Positions 1 through 9,289 of a stretch of 64,000 nucleotides of DNA are shown here, in pieces. Position numbers and translations under genes: made by a program. The stretch spans positions 5,683 through 69,682 of IMG/VR virus record IMGVR_UViG_3300024177_000003, one strand, 5' to 3'. This stretch comes from a virus. The notes beneath the pieces are model-generated. The model was not told where the DNA came from. It did no database searches and was given only the letters and a program-made list of their open reading frames with translations. The first letter of the stretch is position 1. Each line of letters starts with the position of its first letter.

Positions 1-550
1 GCTCCTCGGCCGCCTCGACGAGCGCCATCCGCCGCTCCATCTCTGCCTCGATCGGCGGCGGCTGCCCCGTCGTCTGGATGATCATCTGGTGCTCGTGAGC
101 GAGCAGCCGGTTGATCGACTGCAGAATCTGCGGCGGGACCTCGACATAGGCCGGCGGCTTGATCGCATACGGCTTGTCGGCGCCGAGATAGACGTCACGC
201 AGAAGGCTCGAAGCCGCACGGCATTTCTGCGCGGTGAGGCGGGCATAGACCTGACTGCCGCCGAATTTCTTGATTTCGTTCAGCTGCGTCGGCGAATACT
301 CACCGTTGAACGTCCGCATGGCCACGAGCAACCGCTCCGACCAGCCCGACTCGGCGGTGTTGCGATGGTTGCGGAAGATCTCGAATTGGCTGCGGATGTA
401 GCCAACGAGCTGCGTCGGGGCGGTCTGCTGCTGTTGCTGATACGCAGCCGCTGCCGCCTGCGAGCGCTGCAGTTCCTGGGCTTCCAGCATCGCCGGGGTC
501 GCAAACTGCAAAACACCGCGCTGGCCTATCGATGAGGTCGCGTCTACCAT
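1..550 (-). CDS. Portal protein, 5' part (runs off the left edge)
   Basis: Not in the ORF track. Manual translation from ATG at 550 gives MVDATSSIGQRGVLQF...WSERLLVAMRTFNGEY...GGSQVYARLTAQKCRAASSLLRDVYL, resembling podovirus-type portal N-termini. It lies next to the terminase genes. Confidence 0.65.
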   Translation of the reverse strand, partial: MVDATSSIGQRGVLQFATPAMLEAQELQRSQAAAAAYQQQQQTAPTQLVGYIRSQFEIFRNHRNTAESGWSERLLVAMRTFNGEYSPTQLNEIKKFGGSQVYARLTAQKCRAASSLLRDVYLGADKPYAIKPPAYVEVPPQILQSINRLLAHEHQMIIQTTGQPPPIEAEMERRMALVEAAEE

Positions 551-589
551 GCGAATCGCGTTACCAGAAAAGTCTGAAGAAAGTATTAA

Positions 590-1309
590 ATGTCGCAGAC
601 CATCTACGACCCGGTCCAATACCACGACCCCTACGATATCGACGAGATGACCCTGGTCAAACTCGCCAAAGAACTTGTCATGAATATCCGGAATTATAAG
701 GATATTTTCAGGGATTTCGGCATTTCCGAAGACGATTATGTGATTATCGAAAAGAACCCGTTTTTCCGCAAAGTCCGTGAACAATTCACCCTCGAATGGA
801 ACGCCGTCGGCTCGACCAAGGATCGCACCACGCTGCAGGCGCAGGCCGCCTGGGAACAGCTGATGCCCGTGCTGGTGCGCCGGGCGCTGCGCGAAGACAC
901 CAATATCGGCGCGTCGACCGATGTCGGCAAACTGGTGATGAAAGCCGCCGGAATCGGCGATAAATCCGAAGAAAAGGGCAACGCGGAGCGATTCGTGATC
1001 CACATCGACATGAGTGCCGGCAGCGACACGCCGGCGGTCGAGCATTACAACAAAAGTGTCGTCATCGATGTCACCAATGGCGGAATCGACGCAATCGGAG
1101 AAGGCAATGGCGAAACTGTCGACGAAGCAACGCAACGCCCTACCGACAAGCGCTTTCGCGTTACCCGGGAAGGGTCAGGGGAAATCGGGGAAAGGGAGCG
1201 GCAGCTATCCCGTGAACAACCCAAGCCACGCCCGCAACGCGTTAAGCCGGGTCGCGCAGCATGGCACACCATCCGAGAAAAAGGCAGTGCGGGCCAAGGT
1301 GAAGGCTAA
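590..1309 (+). CDS. Putative terminase small subunit
   Basis: Helical protein upstream of TerL, with an 'ERFVIHIDM' segment typical of TerS C-termini. The last ~65 codons overlap another gene. Confidence 0.5.
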   Translation: MSQTIYDPVQYHDPYDIDEMTLVKLAKELVMNIRNYKDIFRDFGISEDDYVIIEKNPFFRKVREQFTLEWNAVGSTKDRTTLQAQAAWEQLMPVLVRRALREDTNIGASTDVGKLVMKAAGIGDKSEEKGNAERFVIHIDMSAGSDTPAVEHYNKSVVIDVTNGGIDAIGEGNGETVDEATQRPTDKRFRVTREGSGEIGERERQLSREQPKPRPQRVKPGRAAWHTIREKGSAGQGEG

Positions 1310-1331
1310 ATATCCAGCAATCGGAGAATGA
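1107..1331 (+). CDS. Small basic phage protein (74 aa)
   Basis: RBS GGAGAAGG precedes ATG at 1107. MAKLSTKQRNALPTSAFALPG...YPVNNPSHARNALSRVAQHG resembles a recurrent small phage family. Confidence 0.7.
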   Translation: MAKLSTKQRNALPTSAFALPGKGQGKSGKGSGSYPVNNPSHARNALSRVAQHGTPSEKKAVRAKVKAKYPAIGE

Positions 1332-1332
1332 T

Positions 1333-1563
1333 ATGGCGGACGTGGCGGATATGGACATCGGCGACGCTGTCGCGGCGATGCGCGATGGCAAGAAGGTCAG
1401 CCGGCGCGACTGGGTCGGCCTGTGGATGGCCATGGGTCATGGCGGCGGCCAGGGCGTCGATCACCTACGGCTATACGAGATCGCGGGCCCACCCGAAGGG
1501 CTGCTGGCCAGCTCCATGGACCAGTTCGATGTCCTCGGCCAGGACTGGTACGTCGTTGAATGA
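1333..1563 (+). CDS. DUF2829 / Tad2-like protein (candidate anti-Thoeris/CBASS sponge)
   Basis: MDIGDAVAAMRDGKKVSRRDW...DVLGQDWYVVE matches the DUF2829 pattern (G.A...K.GKKV.R..W ... D.LA.DW.V). Confidence 0.65.
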   Translation: MADVADMDIGDAVAAMRDGKKVSRRDWVGLWMAMGHGGGQGVDHLRLYEIAGPPEGLLASSMDQFDVLGQDWYVVE

Positions 1564-3023
1564 GCATCGAATTCACGGCACCGCTGACGATCGCGCGGTT
1601 CATGCGGTCGGCCGCCTTCGGGCGACTGATCGCCGGCCCGGTCGGATCCGGCAAGACCACCGGCTGCGTCATGGAATGCCTGCGTCGGGCGATGGGGCAG
1701 TCAAAGGCCAAGGACGGCATCCGCTACACCCGGTTCGCCTTCGTCCGCCAAACGTTGAAGCAACTGAAGGATACAGTACTTAAAGATGTAAACTCCTGGC
1801 TCGCCGGGCTCGGCGAGTGGAAGGTGAGCGACGGGACCTATTATTTAAACTTTGGCGATGTCAACAGCGAGTGGATATTCGTCCCGCTGGAAAATTACGA
1901 CGATCAAGCCCGTTTATTGTCGATGCAGCTGACGGGGGCTTGGATATCCGAAGCGATCGAGTGTAATTTCGACATCCTCCCCGCTGTCAGCGGCCGTATC
2001 GGTCGTTACCCGTCAGGTAACAGGGGTGCCCCGACTTGGATGGGCATCATTGCCGACACGAATCTGCCGGTCGAAGGGAGCGACTGGTGGAAATTCATGA
2101 CCCAGCCGCCGCCGAACTGGCAGATCTTCATCCAACCCGGCGGCATGACCCCCGATGCCGAGAATTTAAATTATCTGCTCCAGACCGAAGAAACGATACG
2201 TCTGCCCATAAATCACCCCCGCCGACTCGCGCAGGGGCGACGTTACTACGAGCAGTTTGTTGAAATGTACGGGTCCGAGCACCTGTGGGTTCGACGCTAT
2301 GTAGACGCCCAATTTGGGGACGACCCCTCCGGCGAGGCCGTGTTCAAGGCTTCGTTCAAGTCGAATTTCCATGTGGTGGAAGACACCCTGATCATCCCCG
2401 GCTATCCGCTGATCATCGGCCAGGATTTCGGCCGCAACCCGTGGAGCCTGATCTGTCAGGTCGACCATATGGGCCGGCTGCTCGTGCACAAAGAAATTCC
2501 AGCAACCAACGTAGGCCTGGAGAAGCACGTCGAACAGAGCCTCCGCGGGGTTCTGTACCGCGAGGAGTTCATAGGCCTTAAAGTCATACTGGTCGGCGAT
2601 CCGTCCGGTGTCGCCAAGGGCACTATTGCCGAAGAGTCGAGCTTCGAGGCCTTGAAACGGATGGGCCTCCCTGCGTTCCCAGCTCCGACCAACGACATTG
2701 ACCCGCGCCTTCGGGCCGTCGAAGCGCTGCTCGGGCGGCAGACCAATGGCGGCCCGTCGCTGCTGATAAGCCGGCGAGGCTGCCCATTTCTGACTCGCGG
2801 GATGTCGGGCGGGTACCGTTATACGAAACACAAGGATGGCGCTCTCAAGACAGTGCCGGAGAAATACGACCGCGAAGGATTTTCGCACGTCGCCGACTGC
2901 CTGCAATATGTCTGTCTGGTCGTCCACGGCAACCTCGTGTTTGAATTTTCCAAGCGGTTAGCCGCGATGGGGATGAACAGGGCGGCCAACCGGCCACGCA
3001 TCAGCGCGACCGGCTGGACGTGA
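1560..3023 (+). CDS. terL: Terminase large subunit
   Basis: Walker A GPVGSGKT, Walker B-like AWISE, coupling motif ADTN, RNase H-like nuclease IGQDFG and SHVADCLQY. Confidence 0.93.
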   Translation: MSIEFTAPLTIARFMRSAAFGRLIAGPVGSGKTTGCVMECLRRAMGQSKAKDGIRYTRFAFVRQTLKQLKDTVLKDVNSWLAGLGEWKVSDGTYYLNFGDVNSEWIFVPLENYDDQARLLSMQLTGAWISEAIECNFDILPAVSGRIGRYPSGNRGAPTWMGIIADTNLPVEGSDWWKFMTQPPPNWQIFIQPGGMTPDAENLNYLLQTEETIRLPINHPRRLAQGRRYYEQFVEMYGSEHLWVRRYVDAQFGDDPSGEAVFKASFKSNFHVVEDTLIIPGYPLIIGQDFGRNPWSLICQVDHMGRLLVHKEIPATNVGLEKHVEQSLRGVLYREEFIGLKVILVGDPSGVAKGTIAEESSFEALKRMGLPAFPAPTNDIDPRLRAVEALLGRQTNGGPSLLISRRGCPFLTRGMSGGYRYTKHKDGALKTVPEKYDREGFSHVADCLQYVCLVVHGNLVFEFSKRLAAMGMNRAANRPRISATGWT

Positions 3024-3614
3024 GGGACGCTCTACAGTACCGAGTCACTACAGTCGGCCGGCACGCTTCGGCGGTGCGGAACAATTCGACGTCGACGGCA
3101 CGCTCTGGGTATCCGGGTCGATTTGAGATGCCGGCACGCTACGCGGCATCGGGTCGTTATCGCGGGATAGGCACGCTGCCGAAGCCAGGATCACTTTGTT
3201 CGGTTCGGCACACTCTGGTGGACGGGTCGATACTGTTACTCGGCACGCTCTGCAATTCCGGACCACTGCGTTCTGCCGGCACGCTACATCTTGGCGGGTC
3301 AATTCTAGACAAAGGCACGCTTCGGGCTCCCGTGGCATTCACAATGCCAGGCACGCTATTCAGTGAGCGGATCTATTCCCTCCTTCGGCACGCTGGCCGT
3401 GACCGGGTCACTATTTAGAAGCCGGCACGCTACGTTTACGATGGGGCATTAACGGGCCCGGCACGCTCTCCTAGGTACGAGTCATTTGACGTTGACGGCA
3501 CGCTGCGCGTCACCGGGTCGTTTAAATTATGCAGGCACGCTTGTTGGCTTCCGGGTCGTTACAACCAAAAGGCACACTTGCAGGGCCAGGGTCACTGCCA
3601 ATAACAGGCACGTT
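3024..3614 (-). ncRNA. TIGR-like dual-repeat guide array A (16 units)
   Basis: GGCACGCT-type repeats on + start at 3024, 3060, 3097, 3133, 3170, 3207, 3242, 3278, 3314, 3350, 3387, 3424, 3460, 3497, 3534, 3571 and 3607 (period 35-37). A second repeat (CGGGTC) lies midway, with ~9-nt variable segments between. Confidence 0.88.
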
Positions 3615-4114
3615 TATTTATTCACGGCATCGAGCAGCAAGTCAAGAATCTTCCGCCGATCATCTGTGGATAATTTATAGCCGTAGCCCCAACAGGTTAA
3701 GATCTGAACGTTGTACGGTGCGAGTGCACGCCGCAGTCGTGAAATGTGCACCTCGAGGCTGTTGGACGTTCGTGTGGCGTCTTTGGCAAATGACGGGTGC
3801 TGCAGCAGCGAGAGTAAAATATTGATTTGAACTTTGGTGATGCCGAGCAGCTGCTGCACAGCAACGATAAAATCCCGTTTATTTTCATGGATGATTCGCG
3901 ACAGCTGCAGCGCACGTTGATCGCGGGGGAAGCCCGGTGGCCAGTCAGCCCGCGGCAGGCCGGTGAGGTCTCCGGTGACGACGGCGGCCTCGAAGGTCTC
4001 CCGCAGCTGCGCGGCGGGCACGCGAACGGCACGCGCAATGGCAGCGAGTGGGACGCCTTCGTCGGCGAGGGCGAGCGCTATCGCTACGATATCGTGGGCC
4101 TGGCAGTCATGCAT
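3614..4114 (-). CDS. Winged-helix (OmpR/CtrA C-terminal-like) DNA-binding protein with an N-terminal HTH and no receiver domain
   Basis: C-terminal SLEVHISRLRRAL...ILTCWGYGYKL matches the Trans_reg_C signature. N-terminal VPLAAIARAVRV is HTH-like. Confidence 0.8.
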   Translation of the reverse strand: MHDCQAHDIVAIALALADEGVPLAAIARAVRVPAAQLRETFEAAVVTGDLTGLPRADWPPGFPRDQRALQLSRIIHENKRDFIVAVQQLLGITKVQINILLSLLQHPSFAKDATRTSNSLEVHISRLRRALAPYNVQILTCWGYGYKLSTDDRRKILDLLLDAVNK

Positions 4115-4147
4115 CCCCCAAACCTAGCTTGGAAGATGCACGACCAC

Positions 4148-4463
4148 AAGTCGCTACGTGGTGTCGGGATACTTTGTGTGAAAAGGCACGCTGTTTGATC
4201 CGAGGGGCGCTATCACACGCAGGCACGCTGCTGGATGACGGGTCGTTATATTCACACGGCACGCTGCTGCGTCTAGGGTCGTTGCTAGATTTCGGCACGC
4301 TTCCGAATCCCGGGCCAATAGCGGGCGACGGCACGCTTTGTAATCGCGACACGCTACCGCCATGAGGTTCTCTACTGTGGTTCGGCACGCTCGCCGACGC
4401 CGGGACACTGAGGTGCTTCGGCACGCTCCACAACTCCGGGGCATTCACATACTCCGGCATGTC
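4148..4463 (-). ncRNA. TIGR-like array B (~8 units plus one half unit)
   Basis: Same repeats at 4185, 4222, 4258, 4294, 4330, 4348, 4384 and 4420, with degenerate copies at 4148 and 4456. Confidence 0.85.
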
Positions 4464-4544
4464 GACCGGTGGACGAATCTTCAGCAAGGGAAGAAGACGC
4501 ATCCTTCGCCTCACGGCACGCCGACCGGCCGGCGCCTGCCGCCT

Positions 4545-4919
4545 TCAGGGCGGAAGCTTGGCATCGCATAAAATGGCTTCACGCAGCTCTTTGGCGAATT
4601 GCTGCAGTTCGCCGTGGATGCTGTTCATACGGGCCATGTCACGAGCGGTTGGTTCGGTGTTAGGATCGAGTATGGTCATGACTGAGGACCATAAATGCTG
4701 TGAACCGGCGAAAAACGCTATGCGGCAGATATCACGCATGTTGTCTGACATGTCGGCCGGCAGGCACACGCTGTTGAACGTCAGCCAGCCGCCTTGAACC
4801 AGGACGCCGCGGTCGGTCAGTTCTTCCGAGATACGAGCGGCGATACGATCGAGATCAGGACGTGCCATTGTAAACTCCCTTGCTGCCTGAACACTAGCGA
4901 GTTCGACGACGGCGTTCAA
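4545..4919 (-). CDS. Hypothetical phage protein
   Basis: ORF co-oriented with arrays A/B. Likely start is MARPDLDR after GGGAG. Confidence 0.65.
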   Translation of the reverse strand: MNAVVELASVQAAREFTMARPDLDRIAARISEELTDRGVLVQGGWLTFNSVCLPADMSDNMRDICRIAFFAGSQHLWSSVMTILDPNTEPTARDMARMNSIHGELQQFAKELREAILCDAKLPP

Positions 4920-5040
4920 GCTGTTTTATGTGGGTCGATCATGATACTACTCCATTTCCATTGTCATTTTGTATATTTTATACAATTTGTATTACGTTCT
5001 AGTAGATCTGGACGTTTTGTACAATGTTGCTAGGCCATCT

Positions 5041-5129
5041 CACACGGATACGTTAGTAAGTTTATACCTTTTTGTTTTTTGTGTCACACGAGTACGTTAG
5101 TAAGTTTATACCTTTTTGTTTTTTGTGTC
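5041..5129 (-). promoter_or_regulatory. 44-bp tandem repeat (x2) containing leftward sigma70-like promoters
   Basis: TACGTTAGTAAGTTTATACCTTTTTGTTTTTTGTGTC occurs at 5049 and 5093. On the minus strand the first copy reads GTGACA-17 nt-TAAACT. Confidence 0.6.
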
Positions 5130-5353
5130 GTGTGAATTTGTGGGTCACCTCATCATAACGCGCGCGGGGGTGGGCCGGTCCAGGGTGGGGTGGGGCCAGC
5201 GACGGTGGCCGAACACCAGAAGGTGTGGTGTCCGAACACCAGTTCAGTAGCAGGGAAGTCGCCGAAGGACTTTCGGCTACTAGCCTTTCAGCAAATCGGT
5301 AATTAGGTATATGCTAGTAGGCTAAGTGCTTGAAATCATTGGTGTTTTAGACC

Positions 5354-5651
5354 TCACTAGTTCACTAGATCGCGATTCCGGAACAACACCCCCTTTTTCT
5401 AACGAGGGGGGGAACGCCATTGGCCGGCACGCCCGTTCTGTTCTTGTTCTGTTTGAATAGTTCAATAGAACATTTTACCATAATAATATATATTTCGTGT
5501 GCAAGATAGTAGTATTATCGTACTAAACTATTGATCTAATTGATGGTAAAGAAGAAAACGTGATCAAATATATAGGCCTATTCATGCCTACGAAAAATTC
5601 CCCCTAAAACATGTGACTGTTGTTCCAAACTCGCTACTAGTGAACTACTGA
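5354..5651. other. AT-rich non-coding region bounded by imperfect inverted repeats (candidate origin or terminus)
   Basis: TCACTAGTTCACTAG (5354-5368) vs CTAGTGAACTACTGA (5637-5651), and GGAACAACA (5380-5388) vs TGTTGTTCC (5618-5626). Confidence 0.45.
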
Positions 5652-5792
5652 AAGACCCGATCGCGTCAGGTCTATGGGGCCGGGTGCCGTTCACGCGATT
5701 CCAGCAAAAGGTATTAAAATATTGTTGTACAATCGGAAAAATCTGCTACGTTAGGTGACAGTTGGAAAGGAAATACGTAAGGAGAACACCCC

Positions 5793-5999
5793 ATGACACG
5801 TACAGAAATTCGCGTCGGACAAAAGGTCGTCGTCAAAGGTTCATGGCTTGCCGCATGTGGCTTCAACACCGTCGAAAATACGGCAATGGAGGTGCTCCGG
5901 GTTCTGCCACGCGCATTGCCCGATGGCACACGCTTTTATGAGGTCAAGCGGCCCGATGGTGCGACATGGCTGGTTAACGACTGGCGTATCGTCCGCTAG
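5793..5999 (+). CDS. Hypothetical early protein
   Basis: Strong RBS AAGGAG. First gene of the rightward early region. Confidence 0.7.
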   Translation: MTRTEIRVGQKVVVKGSWLAACGFNTVENTAMEVLRVLPRALPDGTRFYEVKRPDGATWLVNDWRIVR

Positions 6000-6055
6000 C
6001 ACTACGCGCGCGCCGCGATGTGCGGCGCGCTTCAACGCACGAAGGAACGAATCCT

Positions 6056-6358
6056 ATGAACACCGCATATTATGTTTTCACCTCTGGTCTGCCCGGCTGT
6101 CTGCCCGATTATAACAGCGGCGCAATGGCGTTCACCACGCGACGCGACCTCAGTCGCGCCATTCGTGCTGAACTAGAAATACTCAACTACCCCAAATCAT
6201 GCTTTGCTGATGTGTGCATCGAAAAGCTTTGGGGATTCATCAAGCGCCATGGTTCCAGCACCGCGCATCGTGCCGTCTATCACGGCGATCGTGTCTTTGA
6301 AATGCATGGTCTGACCGAATCCGAGTACAACGCTATGCTTGACGCGGACTGCGCATAA
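6056..6358 (+). CDS. Hypothetical early protein
   Basis: RBS AAGGAA before ATG at 6056 (MNTAYYVFTSGLPGCLPDY). Confidence 0.7.
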   Translation: MNTAYYVFTSGLPGCLPDYNSGAMAFTTRRDLSRAIRAELEILNYPKSCFADVCIEKLWGFIKRHGSSTAHRAVYHGDRVFEMHGLTESEYNAMLDADCA

Positions 6359-6640
6359 GGAACGAATCCCATGTTCAACATCTCGTATTCCCGCAACGGC
6401 GCTATGCGCTTCCTGAAGATCGGTCGGTTTTGCTTTCAATTCTGCATCGCCACCGCTTATCGCCCCTTGAAAGGAATTTGACCATGCCTGCCGGTTGGGA
6501 CGTTCACACATTGCAGCATGTCGCCATGCTGTTATTTTCCGATCAGGAGGCACAGTCGTGGTTCCGCTGTGCTTGCCATGGCTACGCCCAAACCCTCTAT
6601 GACGAAATGCCGATGCTCGTTTGGTGCTGATATAAAAGGA

Positions 6641-6895
6641 ATGAATGTGATGACAATCCAAGTCGAGACCTTCACGGCTCCCGCTTATTGGGCAAGCGCT
6701 CTGATTAACGGCGACACGACCGGTATGGAAGATAAAGAAATTGCCACTATGGAGGCATGGTGCGAGTCAATCGCACCGTGGGAAATTATCGATGTTGTCG
6801 ATAACTGCGAGCCCTATTTCACATGGGATTACGCCCAATACGAATCCGGCATCTATGGTGGCGACGTTCTAGACTACATCGCCCATAAAAGGTGA
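6641..6895 (+). CDS. Hypothetical acidic early protein
   Basis: AAAGGA upstream. Contains PAYWASALINGDTTG. Confidence 0.7.
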   Translation: MNVMTIQVETFTAPAYWASALINGDTTGMEDKEIATMEAWCESIAPWEIIDVVDNCEPYFTWDYAQYESGIYGGDVLDYIAHKR

Positions 6896-6977
6896 GGTGC
6901 TGACAGCGTGAACGGCAGGGCTCCTGCCGTTCAAGCGGTCCGCAATCATGCGGCGACCGATAGCAAAGGCTTGAACA

Positions 6978-7373
6978 ATGGAAATCAACGTCACGCACAT
7001 GGTCGATGATGCCGACAGCATGATCGATCTTTCAGGTTCCGTCATGGAACACGGCGAAAACGCCAGTAAGATAACGTGGAACAATGCGCTCGATTACGGC
7101 CGCAATCATCCATTGCTCACCACCGATGATGAACGCGACGACGCACGCAATCACTTTGCCGCATTCGGTGCGTGGTCGCGCGACGACATTGCCGCGTGGT
7201 CGGATGACGAATTGCAAGCCATCACATGTCAGGATGTCGCCGCGGCAATCCGTGAAATGAACGACATCTCCGACGATTACGCCCATTATGAACGTCTCTG
7301 CGAAGAGGGTGTTTGCGACGGCCGGTTATTCCGCGGCATCGACGGTGAATGGTATTTCCACTTAGGTTGTTAA
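6978..7373 (+). CDS. Hypothetical acidic early protein
   Basis: ORF flanked by the intergenic element on both sides. Confidence 0.75.
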   Translation: MEINVTHMVDDADSMIDLSGSVMEHGENASKITWNNALDYGRNHPLLTTDDERDDARNHFAAFGAWSRDDIAAWSDDELQAITCQDVAAAIREMNDISDDYAHYERLCEEGVCDGRLFRGIDGEWYFHLGC

Positions 7374-7633
7374 TCGCAGTGTGCTGACAGTGTGGACGGC
7401 ACCCCCCATGCCGTCCAAGCGGGCCGGTCACTCGCTAGCGCTAAGCCGGATTCGACCGCGTAGGGAGGCCGCTGATGCGTTCTAGCGACCTCCCTGCTAC
7501 GGTCATGAGGCTCACAAAAACGCGCATCCTGCCCCCCTTAGAACGCCAGGACGGGCTTTCGGTATCATGGCATGGTGGCGTGATGATTGTACACGGTCAC
7601 GGCGCCCATGCGTTTGCGTATGGGGAGGCTGTC

Positions 7634-7966
7634 CTAGGGCGGAGCCTCCCCTGGAACGCATGGACGGCTCCACGCGAGCGGGTTTTGATGCCATCGCGTG
7701 AAGCGCGGTGGTCCGTGTGTTTCGCTCACGGCTCTTGCCGCCGCATAACCTACGGTGCTGACCATGTCGTCGGTATCGCTGCCCGCACGCCGCATCGCGA
7801 TTTGGTCCGCAGGGGCGATGCCGTCAGCAAGTAGAACGCGCGCCGCGTCAAGCAGTGGTTGCGTACTGGCGTTCAAAATCTGCCGCTCGCCATAGTGTGC
7901 CGCGTAGGTCGGTCCGCGTGAGGTGTATTTGCCAGTCGGCGTAACGACGATGATGTGCATGAGCAA
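7634..7966 (-). CDS. Hypothetical protein (inverted within the early region)
   Basis: RBS GGAGG before the start; plausible globular composition. Confidence 0.55.
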   Translation of the reverse strand: MLMHIIVVTPTGKYTSRGPTYAAHYGERQILNASTQPLLDAARVLLADGIAPADQIAMRRAGSDTDDMVSTVGYAAARAVSETHGPPRFTRWHQNPLAWSRPCVPGEAPP

Positions 7967-8049
7967 CCTCCATTGCTGTGCGCAAGCTTACACCTCGCAA
8001 CAGCGGCCCACACATCATGAAAAAATTTTAGTACAAACGGAAAAAGTCA

Positions 8050-8078
8050 TTGACAATCGGAAAAGCTAGGCCTAGGTT
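8050..8078 (+). promoter_or_regulatory. sigma70-like promoter
   Basis: TTGACA-17 nt-TAGGTT with an A-tract upstream. It shares ACAATCGGAAAA with a similar site near 5725. Confidence 0.6.
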
Positions 8079-8113
8079 TACATCGTGAACGCAACACAGG
8101 AAGGAACACACAA

Positions 8114-8284
8114 ATGAGTTTGTTGTTCAAGCAGCTAAACGAAGCGGAGCAAGCAAAAGCGCGGCAATGGGCGCGCGACAACTACCGGAAATTTTCGCCC
8201 ATCAACGGTATCTGGCATCCCATCGTTCGGGAGGAATGCGCCAAGATCAATGCGGAAACCGAGTCTTTGCCACGTATGGATTGA
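8114..8284 (+). CDS. Small hypothetical protein (56 aa, not in the ORF track)
   Basis: RBS AAGGAA; MSLLFKQLNEAEQAKARQWARDNY...INGIWHPIVREEC. Confidence 0.65.
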   Translation: MSLLFKQLNEAEQAKARQWARDNYRKFSPINGIWHPIVREECAKINAETESLPRMD

Positions 8285-8351
8285 TTGCAGTCTATGGCCA
8301 TGCCGTTGCATGGCCATAAGCGGCGATCATGCCGAGCAAGGGTAAACCCAC

Positions 8352-9215
8352 ATGAACATGCTTTACACGCAATCCGCTCGTTTCGACACCGGTCACGCTC
8401 TGACCGAAGATGAACTATTCAAGCTGGCACCGTCGGTGTTCGCCACCGATGCGCATCATTCCCGCTCCGAACGGTTCGCACCGGTGCCGACCATCGACAT
8501 GGTGCGCGGCTTGCGCAATGAAGGTTTCTGCGTCGTCGGCGCCAAACAGGCTGTCGCGCGCGTTGACGATAAGCGCAACTACACCAAGCACATGTTGCGT
8601 ATACGCCACATTGACGACATGCGGCATCACAAGGTCGGTGACACGGTTGCCGAAATGTACCTGAAAAACGCCAATGACGGCACTTGCGCTTATGAACTGA
8701 TGGCGGGCTTGTTTCGCATCCAATGCCTCAACAGCTTGGTTGCGCAGACCGATACGATCGACAGCATCAAAGTTTACCATAAGGGGCGAGCGCTTGAACA
8801 AGTCATTGAAGGCACCTACCGCGTCATCGGCGAATCGCAGAAACTACTGGACAATCGCGAGCGATGGGGCGACCTCCAGCTTAACCACGGTCAACGCAAT
8901 GCCTTCGCCGAAGCCGCTCACGTATTACGATTTGATTTGCAGAACGAATCGGACGCGGCACGCGAAACGCACGCAATCAAGCCAACGGCATTGTTAAGCC
9001 CGCGCCGCTTTGACGATCAAGGTACCGATCTATGGACGACCTTGAACGTGGTACAGGAAAATTGCATGCGCGGCGGGCTGACCGGCATCGGTCGTGACGC
9101 CAATAATCGGCGCCGTCGCACCACGACACGGGAGGTGAAAGGCATCGATCAGGACGTCAAGCTGAATAAGGCATTGTGGGTTCTGACCGAGCGCATGGCG
9201 CAGCTAGTCGCGTAA
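8352..9215 (+). CDS. DUF932 family protein
   Basis: APSVFA..AH.SRSERF, TKHMLR, NANDGT, AGLFRIQCLNSL, DLWTTLNVVQEN, LNKALW. Confidence 0.9.
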   Translation: MNMLYTQSARFDTGHALTEDELFKLAPSVFATDAHHSRSERFAPVPTIDMVRGLRNEGFCVVGAKQAVARVDDKRNYTKHMLRIRHIDDMRHHKVGDTVAEMYLKNANDGTCAYELMAGLFRIQCLNSLVAQTDTIDSIKVYHKGRALEQVIEGTYRVIGESQKLLDNRERWGDLQLNHGQRNAFAEAAHVLRFDLQNESDAARETHAIKPTALLSPRRFDDQGTDLWTTLNVVQENCMRGGLTGIGRDANNRRRRTTTREVKGIDQDVKLNKALWVLTERMAQLVA

Positions 9216-9289
9216 GCAATCGCAGTCTGAACGGCACCGCGCGTGCCGTTCAAGCGGCGATTGTGCCGGATAGCAAGGGATTAACGATC

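Noticed and set aside
89-535. Plus-strand 148-aa ORF
   Set aside because: It is the antisense shadow of the portal-like gene starting at 550 on the minus strand.
3020-4571. ORFs called across arrays A and B (e.g. 3020-3418, 4048-4365, 4107-4514), and likewise 22382-22870 and 24890-25606
   Set aside because: The recurring GTL/RHA/SVP peptides are simply translations of the nucleotide repeats; unit lengths of 35-38 nt do not preserve frame.
5660-5673. Possible self-target: unit at 24913 (spacer A TCATCGCGT + revcomp spacer B TCAGGTCTG) vs ATCGCGTCAGGTCT
   Set aside because: The 14-nt match needs a 1-nt overlap and mismatched ends. With ~60 units and several allowed offsets it is compatible with chance. 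A systematic search with shuffled controls is needed.
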